From Podarcis melisellensis (Eukaryota), in assembly GCA_964234715.1 (NCBI GenBank), contig OZ174276.1: DNA of 64,000 nt; one strand, 5' to 3'. The position numbers and the translations under genes are program-made. Shown here piece after piece: positions 49,301 through 60,442 of this stretch; position 1 is the stretch's first letter; the number at the start of each line of letters is the position of its first letter. The notes beneath the pieces were generated by a model. It was not told the origin of the DNA and did not search any database. It saw nothing but the letters and a program-made list of their open reading frames with translations.

Positions 49301-52300
49301 AAACCTAATGGAAACTATAGGGACAGTTGTAGAGTAATCTTTGAATATTGTGATTCTAGTTCTGATTAAATGTTAGGTTCTGACACTATTGCATGTCTTG
49401 TGCTTTGCTAACAAATTTCCAAAGATTTGTTCTCAACAATGTAAATCCCTGTTAGGCAAACATTGAGCTGTATTGTGCTGACTTACTTGTCCTGACTAGA
49501 ACTGAGGACAGAGATGATGTCCTAATCCTGCAGTACTGTATCTGTGTTCAAAACTCCTAGCTGCCACTTTGTCCAGAAGTCTAAAATGAAGGGGGTAATT
49601 CCTGGGTTGAAAACACCAGTCATTCCCAGGCAGAGGGCCAGTCCTGATGGAACATCCCAATGTTACTCTCTTCCCAATGACTCTCTTCACAAGTACTTGA
49701 GTAGTGCAACTGCTGGGACATAACTCTGTTTGCAGGGTTGAGGATAACTTTGGATATGGACTTATTAAGGCTATGGCGAAAACTTAAAAAGAAACTTCAA
49801 GAAGATTCATCCCGTAAAGGGTATGTGTGGCTTGTTCAAAAGCTGGCCTTGTCATGTTGATTCTGTTCCATCTGTAGCTTCTCTCTTCTTCCTTCTGCTT
49901 ATCTCATCTTTGCTGCTCTCTGGACTGTCAGTCTTTGTTCATCTCTAACCTGAGCTTGATTCTAGCTTTTCCATTTCTCTCAGGTTTCCCTTTTATTTCG
50001 AGCTGAAAATCGCATTTGTGATCTGGCTGCTCTCTCCTTACACCAAGGGCTCCAGCGTGCTCTACAGGAAGTTTGTTCACCCAACGCTCTCCAATAAGGA
50101 GAAGGTACTTCCTTCAGATTGCCCTACATATAAATCCTGGAAGTTTAGTGACATGAGATCATGATAGATTGCAGAAAAGATACTGGTATTAGCTCTGTCT
50201 GTGCTTGATATTAATCATGCTTATGCCTGCTCATAATAGATGTGTGGCAACTGCTGCTTTTACAGAGCAATAGTGAATTCCTAGTTTGTAACCTGATGAG
50301 AATTTGTTAGCTCTAACCTGAATAACGTAGCTTTAGAATAGAGTTCATGGCTCCTAACTGTGAGCCAAAGGGCCATGCATGGAGAGGTTGAGGGACTCTT
50401 TGGAACAACATTTGTTGCAGGGCAGGGGGCTATAACCAGAAGAGAAGCTACAAACATTTTCTGTGTGTGCAGAACTGCAGTCCATTCATGCACGAGGCAG
50501 TTTGGATTCTGGCCAATGTTTTCAGCATTTGCTGCTGTATTAATTGATCCTTTATTAATTTTTGGGACCTTTACTCTTTGTAGTCTACACTGTGATTAGT
50601 GGTAGATGCATAATTACTCTCCTTAATCTCATGTAGTTCTAACACAGGGCAAAGTATAGACATTGTCATTCATTTAGTTTGAGCCTGCAGATAAGGGGTG
50701 ACAGTCTCCATCCACTTGTAAGTGCCTTATGCATTTTTACCTTAGGGCAGAATTTTTTTGAGTAATATTTCAGCCTTCTAGGAGTAGCATTCACTGGAAT
50801 ATTGAATGTTCTTCCTTTCAACCACTATATGTTAGTGCTGGGCAACACTTTGGGAAACTCAGAGCACTTGCTATATGATCCATTCTGCTGTGCTTTCTAA
50901 TATATAATGTTTTCCTGGATTTCTGGATTTTATAGTTGGCTTCATGATGTTGGTGCAAGGAGTTAGGATTTCAGGCAGTAGTGTCTTGAGATTCTGAAAA
51001 ATTATGGATACATGGTCATAATGATAAAAAAGAAGAATGTACTGCACAAGGAAACAAGTTCCGTATACAGCTTTAAATCACATGAACTATATTTAATCCT
51101 TTCTCTGCTAATCCCTCAGTGTTACAAAAGAGAGCTAGGCAGTCCCTAGGAATTAACAGGCCAAAGGCTGGCTGGCTCTGTCTGAGGACTGCTTCTTACC
51201 ATACTTTTATAACAATATTAGTATATCTGCCTTGTGTCATTTATGATAGCACATGTATGTTTAAATGATGACTGTTATTCACAAAACAAAAAAAATTCCT
51301 TCCAGTAGCACCTTAAAGACCAACTAAGTTAGTTCTTGGTATGAGCTTTCGTGTGCATGCACACTTCTTCAGATACACAGAAGATACACTGTGTATCTGA
51401 AGAAGTGTGCATGCACACGAAAGCTCATACCAAGAACTAACTTAGTTGGTCTTTAAGGTGCTACTGGAAGGAATTTTTTTTGTTTTGACTATGGCAGACC
51501 AACACGGCTACCTATCTGTAACTGTTATTCACAAAATAAACAAGTCTGATAACTGTGAAATGATTAAGCTAATTCTCCCAGTATTTGATAGGGATCCCAT
51601 GGATCCATGTAAGGCAAAGGTATACTAACATTCTCCCAGGTATAACAAACATTCTCCCAGTCTGTATTTCTTGAAAAGCACTGTACACCTCTACGTTTTT
51701 GGGGAGGGGGCACAAAGCATTGTATTCAATCACAATGTCTTTATGCATACATTTAGTTAACCTTCCTCTAGCATTGACTGACTTCTCAGACTGGTGCTGC
51801 TTTTTCATGCTGCTTCACATTCCTTTTGAAATTCAGACTTCTATATTTCTAAAGAGATCCAGAGCATGAGCATAGCAGGATTTCAAAGTTTTATATGTTT
51901 AACTAAATGTTAAATCTGTTCCAAGCATAGGACTGACTAGGACAGTCAGTATCAGACATTGGAAAATGTGGATATGGTGAATTTCCCACTAAATAACACT
52001 AGTTTGCACCCATAAGGACATTAGAAGAGCCTGCTGGATCAGGCCAATGGGCCATCTAGTCTAGCATCCTGTTCTCATAGTGACCAACAAGATGTCTGTG
52101 GGAAACTGAAGCAGGGGCTGAAGAAAAGAACACTCGCCTCTTGGAGTTTCCAGCAACTTGATGTTAGAAGCATTACTGCCTCCTAACTGTGGAGGCATAT
52201 CATAGCCATCATGGCTGGTAGACATTAACTTTATCCTCCATAAATTTAAAAGCCACTCAACTTGGTGGCCATCACTGCCTGCAGTGGGAGCGAGTTACAT

Positions 52301-55300
52301 GGTTTCACTAGGCACTGTGTGAATTAGTACTTTCTTTTATCTGTCCTGAATCTTCCAACATTCAGCTTCACTGGATATGAGTTCTAGTGTTATGAAAGAG
52401 GGGGGAAACTTTTCTCTAGCCACTTTCTCTATGGCATGCATAACTTTAAATTTCTATTGTGTCACTTCTTTCTTGCCTTTTCTCGAAACTAAAAAGTTCC
52501 AAAAAACTGCAACCTTTGTTTCTCTTTCCCCTTGATCATCCACCTGCTGGAGTCAACAATGACTTTTGCACTTGGCTTGCTAGGTCATCATAGTTGTGAT
52601 ACAGAATGCAAAATCAAGAAAGGATTCAATTGCTGAGTGTGGAATACCACAAGTGGATATTTTTGTCATGTGTGCCTGAAGTGTGGGAGGTCTTCTAGTA
52701 GAAGAGATTTAAGAAAATTGACCCCAGGAAGTAGCTTTCTTTCTGTGGCAAAGTTTTGGTATATGTGTAATTTGTTTTCTCCTTGATGCTGCTAATGTTG
52801 AGAAACTGAAATTGGCACAACGCTGAATTTGGCACAATGAAACACAATACAACAATTACATGAGCCTTGATGTTCATTTCTCATTTAAGAACCAAGGGTA
52901 CATGGTTCCCATTTTTCTCCTGGGGATCAGATTTCACAATAGCAAGACACAGGGTTTGTTGTGGGTTTTTTTGCTGTGAAGAACCTGTGTCTCTTCTCTT
53001 GAGTGGCTAATCATTCAAGTTCTCACTGGATATTAGTATGCTCTTGTGCTCTAAAAAAAAAAGTATGAGCCGAAAGGTCATGGTATACTGCATTGGCCTG
53101 AACATAAGCCACGCTTTCCCCCCAAATTCCAACAATGAAAAGTTAAAGTGCGGCTTATTTTCGTGACCTCAGGCTGCCAGCAAAGCGGTGCAGCTCCCCC
53201 CAGGAAGCGGCCCAGGTATTCTCTCCCCCCCCCCATTTTAAAGGTGTGGCTTATTTGCGGGTGCGGCTTATATTCAGGCCAATACAGTATCTGTATTCTG
53301 ATAAATAGGAGAGGTCACACTCTCAATACTTCTAACAAACTGATTAGGGTCTTGATTCTACCCAGTCTTGGAAGGGATCCCCCCACTGTTGTTAAAACTA
53401 AGAATAATGGTCCTGAAATTTCTCTTATAGTTAATTGGTTAATCTTTCATAAAATTTGGCTATTTTAGGATCATACTAGACATGACAAGTGCAGCTATTT
53501 TTGCTTATTGACCTGCTAGCTATGTTTATGCCTACAGGTGAACAGTGAGTTCCAAAGTCCATACAATTCAATTGTTTCTGTAGATAGAGTGATTTGATAG
53601 CAGCCACCTTTAACAATAACTAGTCCATGCATTTAGAGTCTATCAGGGCTACATTCTCTCCAGGTTGGATAGACAAAACATTCTCTCCATTTCAATAGAC
53701 TAAAATGCAAATCAATCAGTGACAAAAATTTTCACCAGACTCATAATCCAGATGACTTTAGCCCAGCCTCTGATGTGTGTAGGTCATTGAACCAGTGGTG
53801 TAAGAATTTTTTCCTGTGTGTTTTTGGGAATGACAGTGGAGGAAAAAATTCCATTTCATAAGGTAATTAATATCAGTGAATAGTATTAGACAGACTTAGA
53901 AGTTTCCAAGTTTTTAGCTTTGTTTACTAAATGCATATAAAATAAACATGGTAAATTAAATAAATTTTCTGTATGTCCTAGAAAATTTCCAGTGCAAACA
54001 AAGTTTTTTATTGCTAATTACCCAAAATTGCATAGGAAATTTTCCAAAAAGCTTTCCAGAAAAAATCCAGAAATATCCTATTTAACATTTACTGGAAGTC
54101 AACATATTGACATTGATGTTGACATTGAAGCCAACATTTACTGTTATGTCATGATACTTTAAAACTGACCTTTAGAATTATGCTTCATTGCTGCCAGAAC
54201 TAGCTTGTGAAATTCCTCTCTTCTGTTCCATAAAGACAAGTTACTGCTTGATCTTAGTCTTACTTCCATGTGAATAATTGTTTAAGCATGTTTTTCTTCC
54301 CCTCTTACTTGGGTTGCCTGTGTTAAGATGTGATGGGTACTTCTAAGTGCATTATTCTCAAAATGAGAGGTGTTGGTTTTTCTGTTACCTTGTCCTGCTG
54401 AACTATTTTTGTACTCTGTAATCTAGAGAATTGCTAATTAGTGCAGCTGCATTTGTTCTGTTGTGTGTATAGGCATTGATGATCCATAGGTGATTCTTTT
54501 TCTCATTCCACCATGCAAGCTATCAATGGATAGTTTATAATCTCTGGAAAGATTTACTTAGTCATTAGAGAAAGTTTGAAAGGATTTATAATTAACAAAA
54601 GTAAAACATTGTGATGACTTTGAGAACTTCTGTTCTGTTTTGTTGTTCAAACCCTATGGACTTGGACCTTCTTGCGTTATACCTAGTTGGACTATAAGTC
54701 CATCTAGCCAAGTATTGTGTACACTGACTAGCAGCCCTCGCTAGGGTTTCAGACAGGCAACATTCCCAGCCCTTCCTGGAGGTACTGAGAATTAAACCCT
54801 AAGCAATTCAGTATTCAAAGCAGATACTCTACTACTGAGCTTCAGCCCTTCCCCAAAAAACTTCCTCTTAAAAGCTTTTGTGTGAGTATGTATCATTCTT
54901 GAGGGCTATAGCTATGCAAATAATTTTTTAATGTGGCCTTCCCCACCAATTAAATCCTAGGAAATCGATGAGTATATCAGCCAGGCCCGTGACAAGAGTT
55001 ATGAAACTATGATGCGAGTTGGCAAGCGAGGATTAAATTTGGCAGCCAATGCAGCAGTTACTGCAGCTGCAAAGGTAACTCCTTATATACCTATGTGCCA
55101 TATCAACCCTGTTCCCTTCTGTTGGACTTTTGGTGTCATAACTCTATCCCACTTCCCCACCTCCATGCTGTCTGCTAAGTTGTTCTTTCAAGTTAGACAT
55201 GAGACAAACTCATCTGCAGTTTGCCATCTGATTGGATTTTATTCTGATCCTGATCTGATTTTAGGATGTGTTTTAAATGATTGCCTGATTTTATGTTAAT

Positions 55301-55361
55301 GTGTTATATATTTGATGTTAGCTGCTCTGAGCCCGGTTTTGGCTGGGAAGGGGGGGTATAA

Positions 55362-55397
<36 letters not shown>

Positions 55398-58300
55398 GCC
55401 TGACCAAAGCTGTGTCCCTCTCATCTAACTGCTGTCGAGTGTTCTTTTCCATTGGAAGCTGTTCTAGCATGTCCTCTGATGTGTTCTGAATGGTTCAACT
55501 CATGTGAATAGTTACAACTAGAAATTATATCTTAAAGGGCCAAGGAGTTTTATCTGAAAAACTACGGAGTTTCAGCATGCAGGACTTGACTTTGATTCGG
55601 GATGATGACACTGTGCATTTACGGAGCCCTGAGCCACGCATGCGTACTTCTGCTACTGGTCATCTTGAAACTGTTGATGATTCAGGTTAACAGCAATCCA
55701 TTCATATTATTTAATGAGGGCAGATGTCTAAGAGTTGTGGGCTTGGGGCAAATATTGAAGCGTCTAACTTCAGTGGTAGTTAGCTGTGTTTATGTTTTGA
55801 ACTTGGAGTGCATGCACACCTATATTTCATGCAGTACTCACAATTGCAATGGACATGCTGCTTAAAGAAAGAATTCACATTTTCCCAGCAGCAAGATATT
55901 ATAGTTTGGGCCACGCTACTCATGACAGCAGCAGGCCAGTATTTTTAAATGTGGGTATTTTCCAGTAATATATAAAGCAAGGCGTGGAAGCATAAAAGGA
56001 GGTTTCTGTGTTCACATACACAAAACAACTTCTTTTATCTTTATCTTCTATACCTCTCTGTAATTTTCATTCAACCAGTGATCCTAGCTAGAAGATAGAG
56101 TGGGGGAGGGGAGAAGATGTGTGCAAAGGAAGGGTTTGATCTCCTCTGCACCTGGGCACCCCTTCTTCACTTTACACTGCACACCACCAATCCACACTGG
56201 TCTGGATTGGGGGAGGAACCAAACTCCTGTTACTTTTGTTAAAAGGGGGGGTGAAGCCCAATAAAGTGATTCAAAGAGTCATTTAAAGACGCCGAGTCTT
56301 TTGTCACCTTGACAGTTTGATTCTCCACAACTTTCCATAGACATCTGAAGGCTCCCCTTTTTGGGAAGTTTTTAATGTCTGATGTTTCACTGTTTTCTGT
56401 TATATTCTGTTGGAAGACCCCCACAGTGGCTGGGTCAACCCAGTCAGATGGGTGGGGCACAAGTGTGTGTGTGTGTGTGTAATAAATTATTAGTCACCTT
56501 AGTATTAGTATTATTTATTTTCTCCTTTCCTTCAAGAACCTTGGCATCAGAGATGGCATTTTCATTTCTGCTCCTCCTCCATATTAAAAAATAAGGGGCA
56601 CCTCTGTTTTTGGTTTTCTCCTCAGGTGCATCCTGTTATTCCTCATCGGAAGAGATGACTCTGTCTCAAAGACATAATGGGGCCCAGTCTGATGCCAGAA
56701 CAGACCCATCAGATGACGATACAGGAGACAAAGTTCCCAAACGGACCCAGAGCCTTAAAGCTCCTAAAAAAGTGACAAAGACTGAGGTGAGCTGGATGTA
56801 ATTGTTTGGAAAGCTTGCAGCTGGATCGTGCCTCATGTACAACTTGTGTGCTTCAGCCTGGCACATAATCCTTTTTAATAGCTGCCCCTCCCTTGCATGT
56901 GTGCTTTGCTTGCCTGCCAGATATCTTTCTCTACATTTTGAAGTATTGGACAGGATTCAACTAATGGGTCCCATCAGCAGAAGCCTGCACAAGAACTTCA
57001 GCCTGTACAAAAGGGCTTTCTCCTCTGCATCCCCCCAAAATTGGCTTGGAGGGGATCAGGAGAACACCCAGAACTGCTCACGGGAAGGAAAGAGGGATCA
57101 TTCTGTTTGGCAGGCTGAAATGTTTGCAGTAACAGAACAATCAGAAGAGTGTGATGTTGAATTCCTCCTGTTGTTTCACATTCCTATTCTGTGAATAATT
57201 TAAATGCCGCTATAGTAAGAATTTAAGGCATTACTAAGGGCTGAAAGTAGATGTGATGGCAGTAGCAACTTGTTTGTTCATTTGCACCTTTGCTATGCCA
57301 AGCAGAGAGTGGATAGTGTCTCATTTTTAACATTTTAAAATGAGAATGTGCATGACCAGCTGAATACTTCTTCATTCATTTGCTTACCTTCCCATGCTCT
57401 ATTGTCCCCACTCCCCTCTTGCAGTACTGGAAGTTGGCTGAGCTTTGAGAAAGGGCTTGGGGTGTTGGAACATGGGAAGGAAAGGCAGAGGAGGGGAGAT
57501 TCAACTTCCTTCTCTTATGTACTCCCTTTTGATGTTAAAGTTGGACTCCCCTGCTTCATTTGTGAATGCATAGGCACATGAATGAATAAACATGAATGTG
57601 CTACTGCCACATCTTATTTGGCACTCAGGATGCATCCAGTTTTATGAGTTTTTGCATGATCTGCTGCTGACATTAGGGGCACAGCCTGCAGACATTCCAT
57701 CAGCTGTTTTTGTTTGGGCTCCACTTCTTGATTTTTCCAGTGCCAAAATATATTATTTAGTATGGTTTTACGTTGCAAACAAGTGGCTCAAATAAGATTC
57801 TCTGTGTGTGCAGTTTCTGCACATGTCCACACATCCAGTTTTTAATCTTAGATTTTTCGTAGGAATTCCACTGTATCAGGTCCACACCACACCTTGAAGA
57901 AATGTTTCCATGCTGTGGTTTTCTGGCCTCTCCCTTCAATAATTGCTCCCTTGTCCTTCAGTAACCTTTTCTGCTCTGGGTATATGCACAGCTATATGGG
58001 GATATAAATTTTCATTTTGTTTGTAAAAATAAAAATAAAATTAAATTAAATTTTTATTTTTAGGGGGGAAGGCCCAACCAAAAATGCACTAATGAGCTTC
58101 CATGTATATTTCACACTAAGAGGGAATTTGGATTAAATGTCAAAAAGCATAGGCTGGCATTTTGATGACGACAGTCTCCTGTGGACTGTGTAAAAATACT
58201 TGTGTGCATGGACAGCACCAGTTTCACAATAAACCTTTTTCTGGAAGCACCCCTTCTTAAAGAGCGAAAAAGTTTCACATATTTGACATTAACTGAAATT

Positions 58301-58993
58301 TGGTGGTGGCCGCATGCAGCACATCAGGTCATTTAGTGTAGAGTGCTTTAGCTGTCCTGGTCCCCAGCTAGATTACAGCTGATGATATATCATTGGGTGA
58401 CAGGAATTGGCTGTGGCTGGCTTCCTTCGTGAAGTTTTGGGTTTTATCTGAACCAAAGGTTTCCTACACATCTGGACATGCCTTCAAGAGTAGCTGAAAT
58501 GATACTGGTTATTCAGTTTGATTGTTCAGGTTCTGTTTCTGGAAATAGTTTTGAAGGAGCTGGTAAAGAGCCAGGAAATGGCTGTGTAGGAGAATAACCT
58601 ATTTTATTTGAGTGCCCTCTGCTGACTGCTTTATAGGTTTGTTGTTGGGTGTGTTTTTTTTTTGTTTTTTTTTTGGTCATCTTCTGTTAGTGCTCATGTA
58701 CCGGAAGTTTTTCTTATTCTGAGGTTACTAATTGAATTGATTCATTAATAGAATTACAGAAGTAAGAGGGCTTAAAATTGGATAGCAATCAGTTCCTTTT
58801 GTTCTGGAAGCAGGAGCTCTGAGGTCTCAGCAAAAATGTCATCAAAGCTCTTCCTTTTTTTTAAACTCCTTGTCCTGCAACTAGTTTCATGTTATTTCTC
58901 TCCTCTCTTGCTTTCCAGCCCCCACAAAAGACTGTCAAAGCCCGTCCCAAGAAGAAAGTTACAGGTTCCAGTGCTGCTGGCGAGTCAGCCTAA
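42791..58993 (+). CDS. REEP2: Receptor expression-enhancing protein 2, full 8-exon CDS, 266 aa
   Basis: join(42791-42822,43430-43502,48489-48565,49984-50104,54961-55074,55538-55685,56626-56786,58919-58993); 801 nt; [58 protein letters not shown]2/DP1/HVA22 domain; synteny with KDM3B. Confidence 0.95.
43430..43502 (+). CDS. REEP2: REEP2 exon 2
   Basis: [24 protein letters not shown]; tccag/gtaagt. Confidence 0.96.
46670..46883. mobile_element. Non-autonomous hAT-type MITE (partial relative near 36449)
   Basis: TIR-like TAGGGATGCCA / GGGCAACCCTA; 8-bp flanks ATTAGTAA and ATTAATAA (one mismatch). Confidence 0.6.
48489..48565 (+). CDS. REEP2: REEP2 exon 3
   Basis: [25 protein letters not shown](W); tgcag/gtaagt. 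Confidence 0.96.
48860..49220. mobile_element. Non-autonomous hAT MITE
   Basis: 8-bp TSD TTCTAGAG at 48852-48859 and 49221-49228; TIRs CAGGGGTCAGCAACCT / AGGTTGCCAACCTCTG; internal CCGGAAATAGCGTGTG repeats. Confidence 0.85.
49984..50104 (+). CDS. REEP2: REEP2 exon 4
   Basis: [40 protein letters not shown]. Confidence 0.96.
51339..51376 (-). ncRNA. Minimal type I hammerhead ribozyme motif (minus strand)
   Basis: Exact reverse complement of 51393-51430. Confidence 0.72.
51393..51430 (+). ncRNA. Minimal type I hammerhead ribozyme motif (plus strand)
   Basis: GTAT-CTGAAGA-A-GTGTGCATGCACAC-GAAA-GC-TC-ATAC, intact core. Confidence 0.75.
52011..52540 (-). mobile_element. CR1 LINE 3' fragment
   Basis: cataaggacattagaagagcctgctggatcaggccaatgggccatctagtc... 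~530 bp. Confidence 0.75.
53088..53287. mobile_element. Tc1/mariner-type MITE
   Basis: TIRs CTGCATTGGCCTGAACATAAGCC / GGCTTATATTCAGGCCAATACAG; TA TSD; internal GCGGCTTATT repeats. Confidence 0.8.
54687..54852 (-). mobile_element. tRNA-derived squamate SINE (Squam3-like), degraded
   Basis: Reverse complement gggctgaagctcagtagtagagtatctgcttt...ctgtctgaaaccct...gctagatggact; weaker relatives near 4020-4160 and 19360-19530. Confidence 0.6.
54961..55074 (+). CDS. REEP2: REEP2 exon 5
   Basis: [38 protein letters not shown]. Confidence 0.96.
55300..55397 (+). repeat. LINE (L2-type) 3' end with (ATT)n microsatellite tail (55362-55397)
   Basis: gttagctgctctgagcccgg...ggggtataa followed by about 12 ATT units. 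Confidence 0.65.
55538..55685 (+). CDS. REEP2: REEP2 exon 6
   Basis: [24 protein letters not shown]...ETVDDS; weak taaag acceptor and gttaac donor. Confidence 0.88.
56626..56786 (+). CDS. REEP2: REEP2 exon 7
   Basis: ASCYSSSEE...[30 protein letters not shown]; ctcag/gtgagc. Confidence 0.88.
58919..58993 (+). CDS. REEP2: REEP2 exon 8 (stop)
   Basis: [24 protein letters not shown]; strong pyrimidine tract and ccag acceptor. Confidence 0.88.
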   Translation, partial: PPQKTVKARPKKKVTGSSAAGESA

Positions 58994-60309
58994 GGACATC
59001 CCAGCCTGTCTGTCCTAGGGCTCTTCAGACACTTTGATGAGCACTCTCCAAGGAAAGGGAGCTGAGATCATGTACATAACAGCTACTGCTTTGTAGAGCT
59101 CATTCCAAGGCAAGAGGGTGACTGAAATTTGGCACACAGATTAGAGGATGGCCATCCTCAGGAATTATTTACACTTCATCTCTGTGATGGAGAGAATGCT
59201 AATCTGTCTGTACATAGCCTGTTGTTTTGGGATTCCCTCTCTGTGCATAACCCTAATAGGGAAACTCTTTGCTGGAACAACACTTCAATTAGGGTTAGAG
59301 CCATTTTTGACAGAGAGGCTGGAAGAAAAAAAAATCAAGACGGGTGCCACTGAAATTCTAATTGGAGGTGGGGAGCTCCCCAATAATATTTCAGCATTTC
59401 ACTGGTTGTCATGCTGTAGCTGCTGTGGGGAATTGTTAGGAAGTGCCTGGAGCAAAGTGACTGGTACTGATGGAAAGTGTTATCTAAACTCATTTGGGCA
59501 GAAGCAAGAAACAAAAGTGTAGGTTTGCTTGGTGCTTTGCTACATGGGCAACTGCTTGCCTGTGGGATTGGGTAAAGTGGTATTTTTTGCAGGGAGTCTG
59601 CAGATGTTTGGGAGAGGGGTGGAAGGTGAGAATGCAAGCGGCTGGATTCTTTACCACTATCTGGTGCCTATTTCTAAGCAGCCTCTTTTGCTTGGTTGGA
59701 AGAGTTTTAACTCTGCTCATGGTAGATGTTGCGATGGTAGAACTATTTGCATGGTTTTTTTCAAGTAGAATAAGGCTGGGAGGAAGGTGACGAAGCTAAG
59801 AGGACCACGGTTGGAGCAGGGGGTTTGAGGATGCCTCGGCACAAATCAGTCTCTCCAAAGAGTTGAAATCCTGAATAGCCACTGTCTAAGAACCAAACAC
59901 TTTGGCCCCCTGCTTCAGAGTTGCCTTTATATTTTACAGGTCAGTCTGTTTTCTGTAAGAATTGTTTGGAAAAGGCATGTGTATGGAAGAAGCTGGAGGA
60001 AATATGGATGGTACCCTAAGTTTCTGCTGTGTTTTTAATTATGCTTTATTTGCACTGGCAATATAAGGTTGGAGCTCAAGCAGTGTAGCCTGATAAGTAG
60101 GCAAAAAGTAGCAACCCTTATTGGAGCTTTTCTGGCATTATGTAATGAGGTAAGTAAGTGGTGGGACATTCCTAAATGATTCCATGGGTGGATAAGGGAT
60201 AACGTTACTTGGCTCTCAGGAACTACTCATTTCTGCTACCACTGACGTCCATCGTTCCCTCTTAACTCTGATTACATTTTGGAGCCAATATTATTTAGTG
60301 TTTGAGACG

Positions 60310-60442
60310 ATCATAGAATTGTAGCATTGGAAGGGACCCTGAGGATCATCTAGCCCAACACCTTGCAGTGCAGGAATATGCAGCCGTCCCGTACAGAGAT
60401 CAAACCTGCAACCTTGGCATTATTAGCACCACGCTCTAACCA
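60310..60442 (-). mobile_element. tRNA-derived SINE with CR1-like tail (Squam2-like) in the putative REEP2 3' UTR
   Basis: Reverse complement head tggttagagcgtggtgctaataatgccaaggttgcaggtttgatc; tail ATCATAGAATTGTAG. Confidence 0.7.

Larger units (their letters stand above)
51282..51523 (+). mobile_element. Penelope-like fold-back element, copy 4 (perfect 99-bp inverted repeat)
   Basis: Arms 51282-51380 and 51389-51487 are exact reverse complements; direct repeat ACTGTTATTCACAAAA at 51271-51286 and 51521-51536. Confidence 0.8.

Noticed and set aside
51282-51487. Fold-back element as a miRNA gene or a classical DNA-transposon MITE
   Set aside because: It has four dispersed copies, an asymmetric extra 3' tail, variable inversion junctions and ~12-bp TSDs, which fit a retroelement pseudo-LTR better than a conserved pre-miRNA or a TA/8-bp-TSD MITE.
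55808-55819. GTGCATGCACAC matching the ribozyme stem II
   Set aside because: Only 12 nt, with no flanking CTGANGA, GAAA or element sequence; treated as a chance match.
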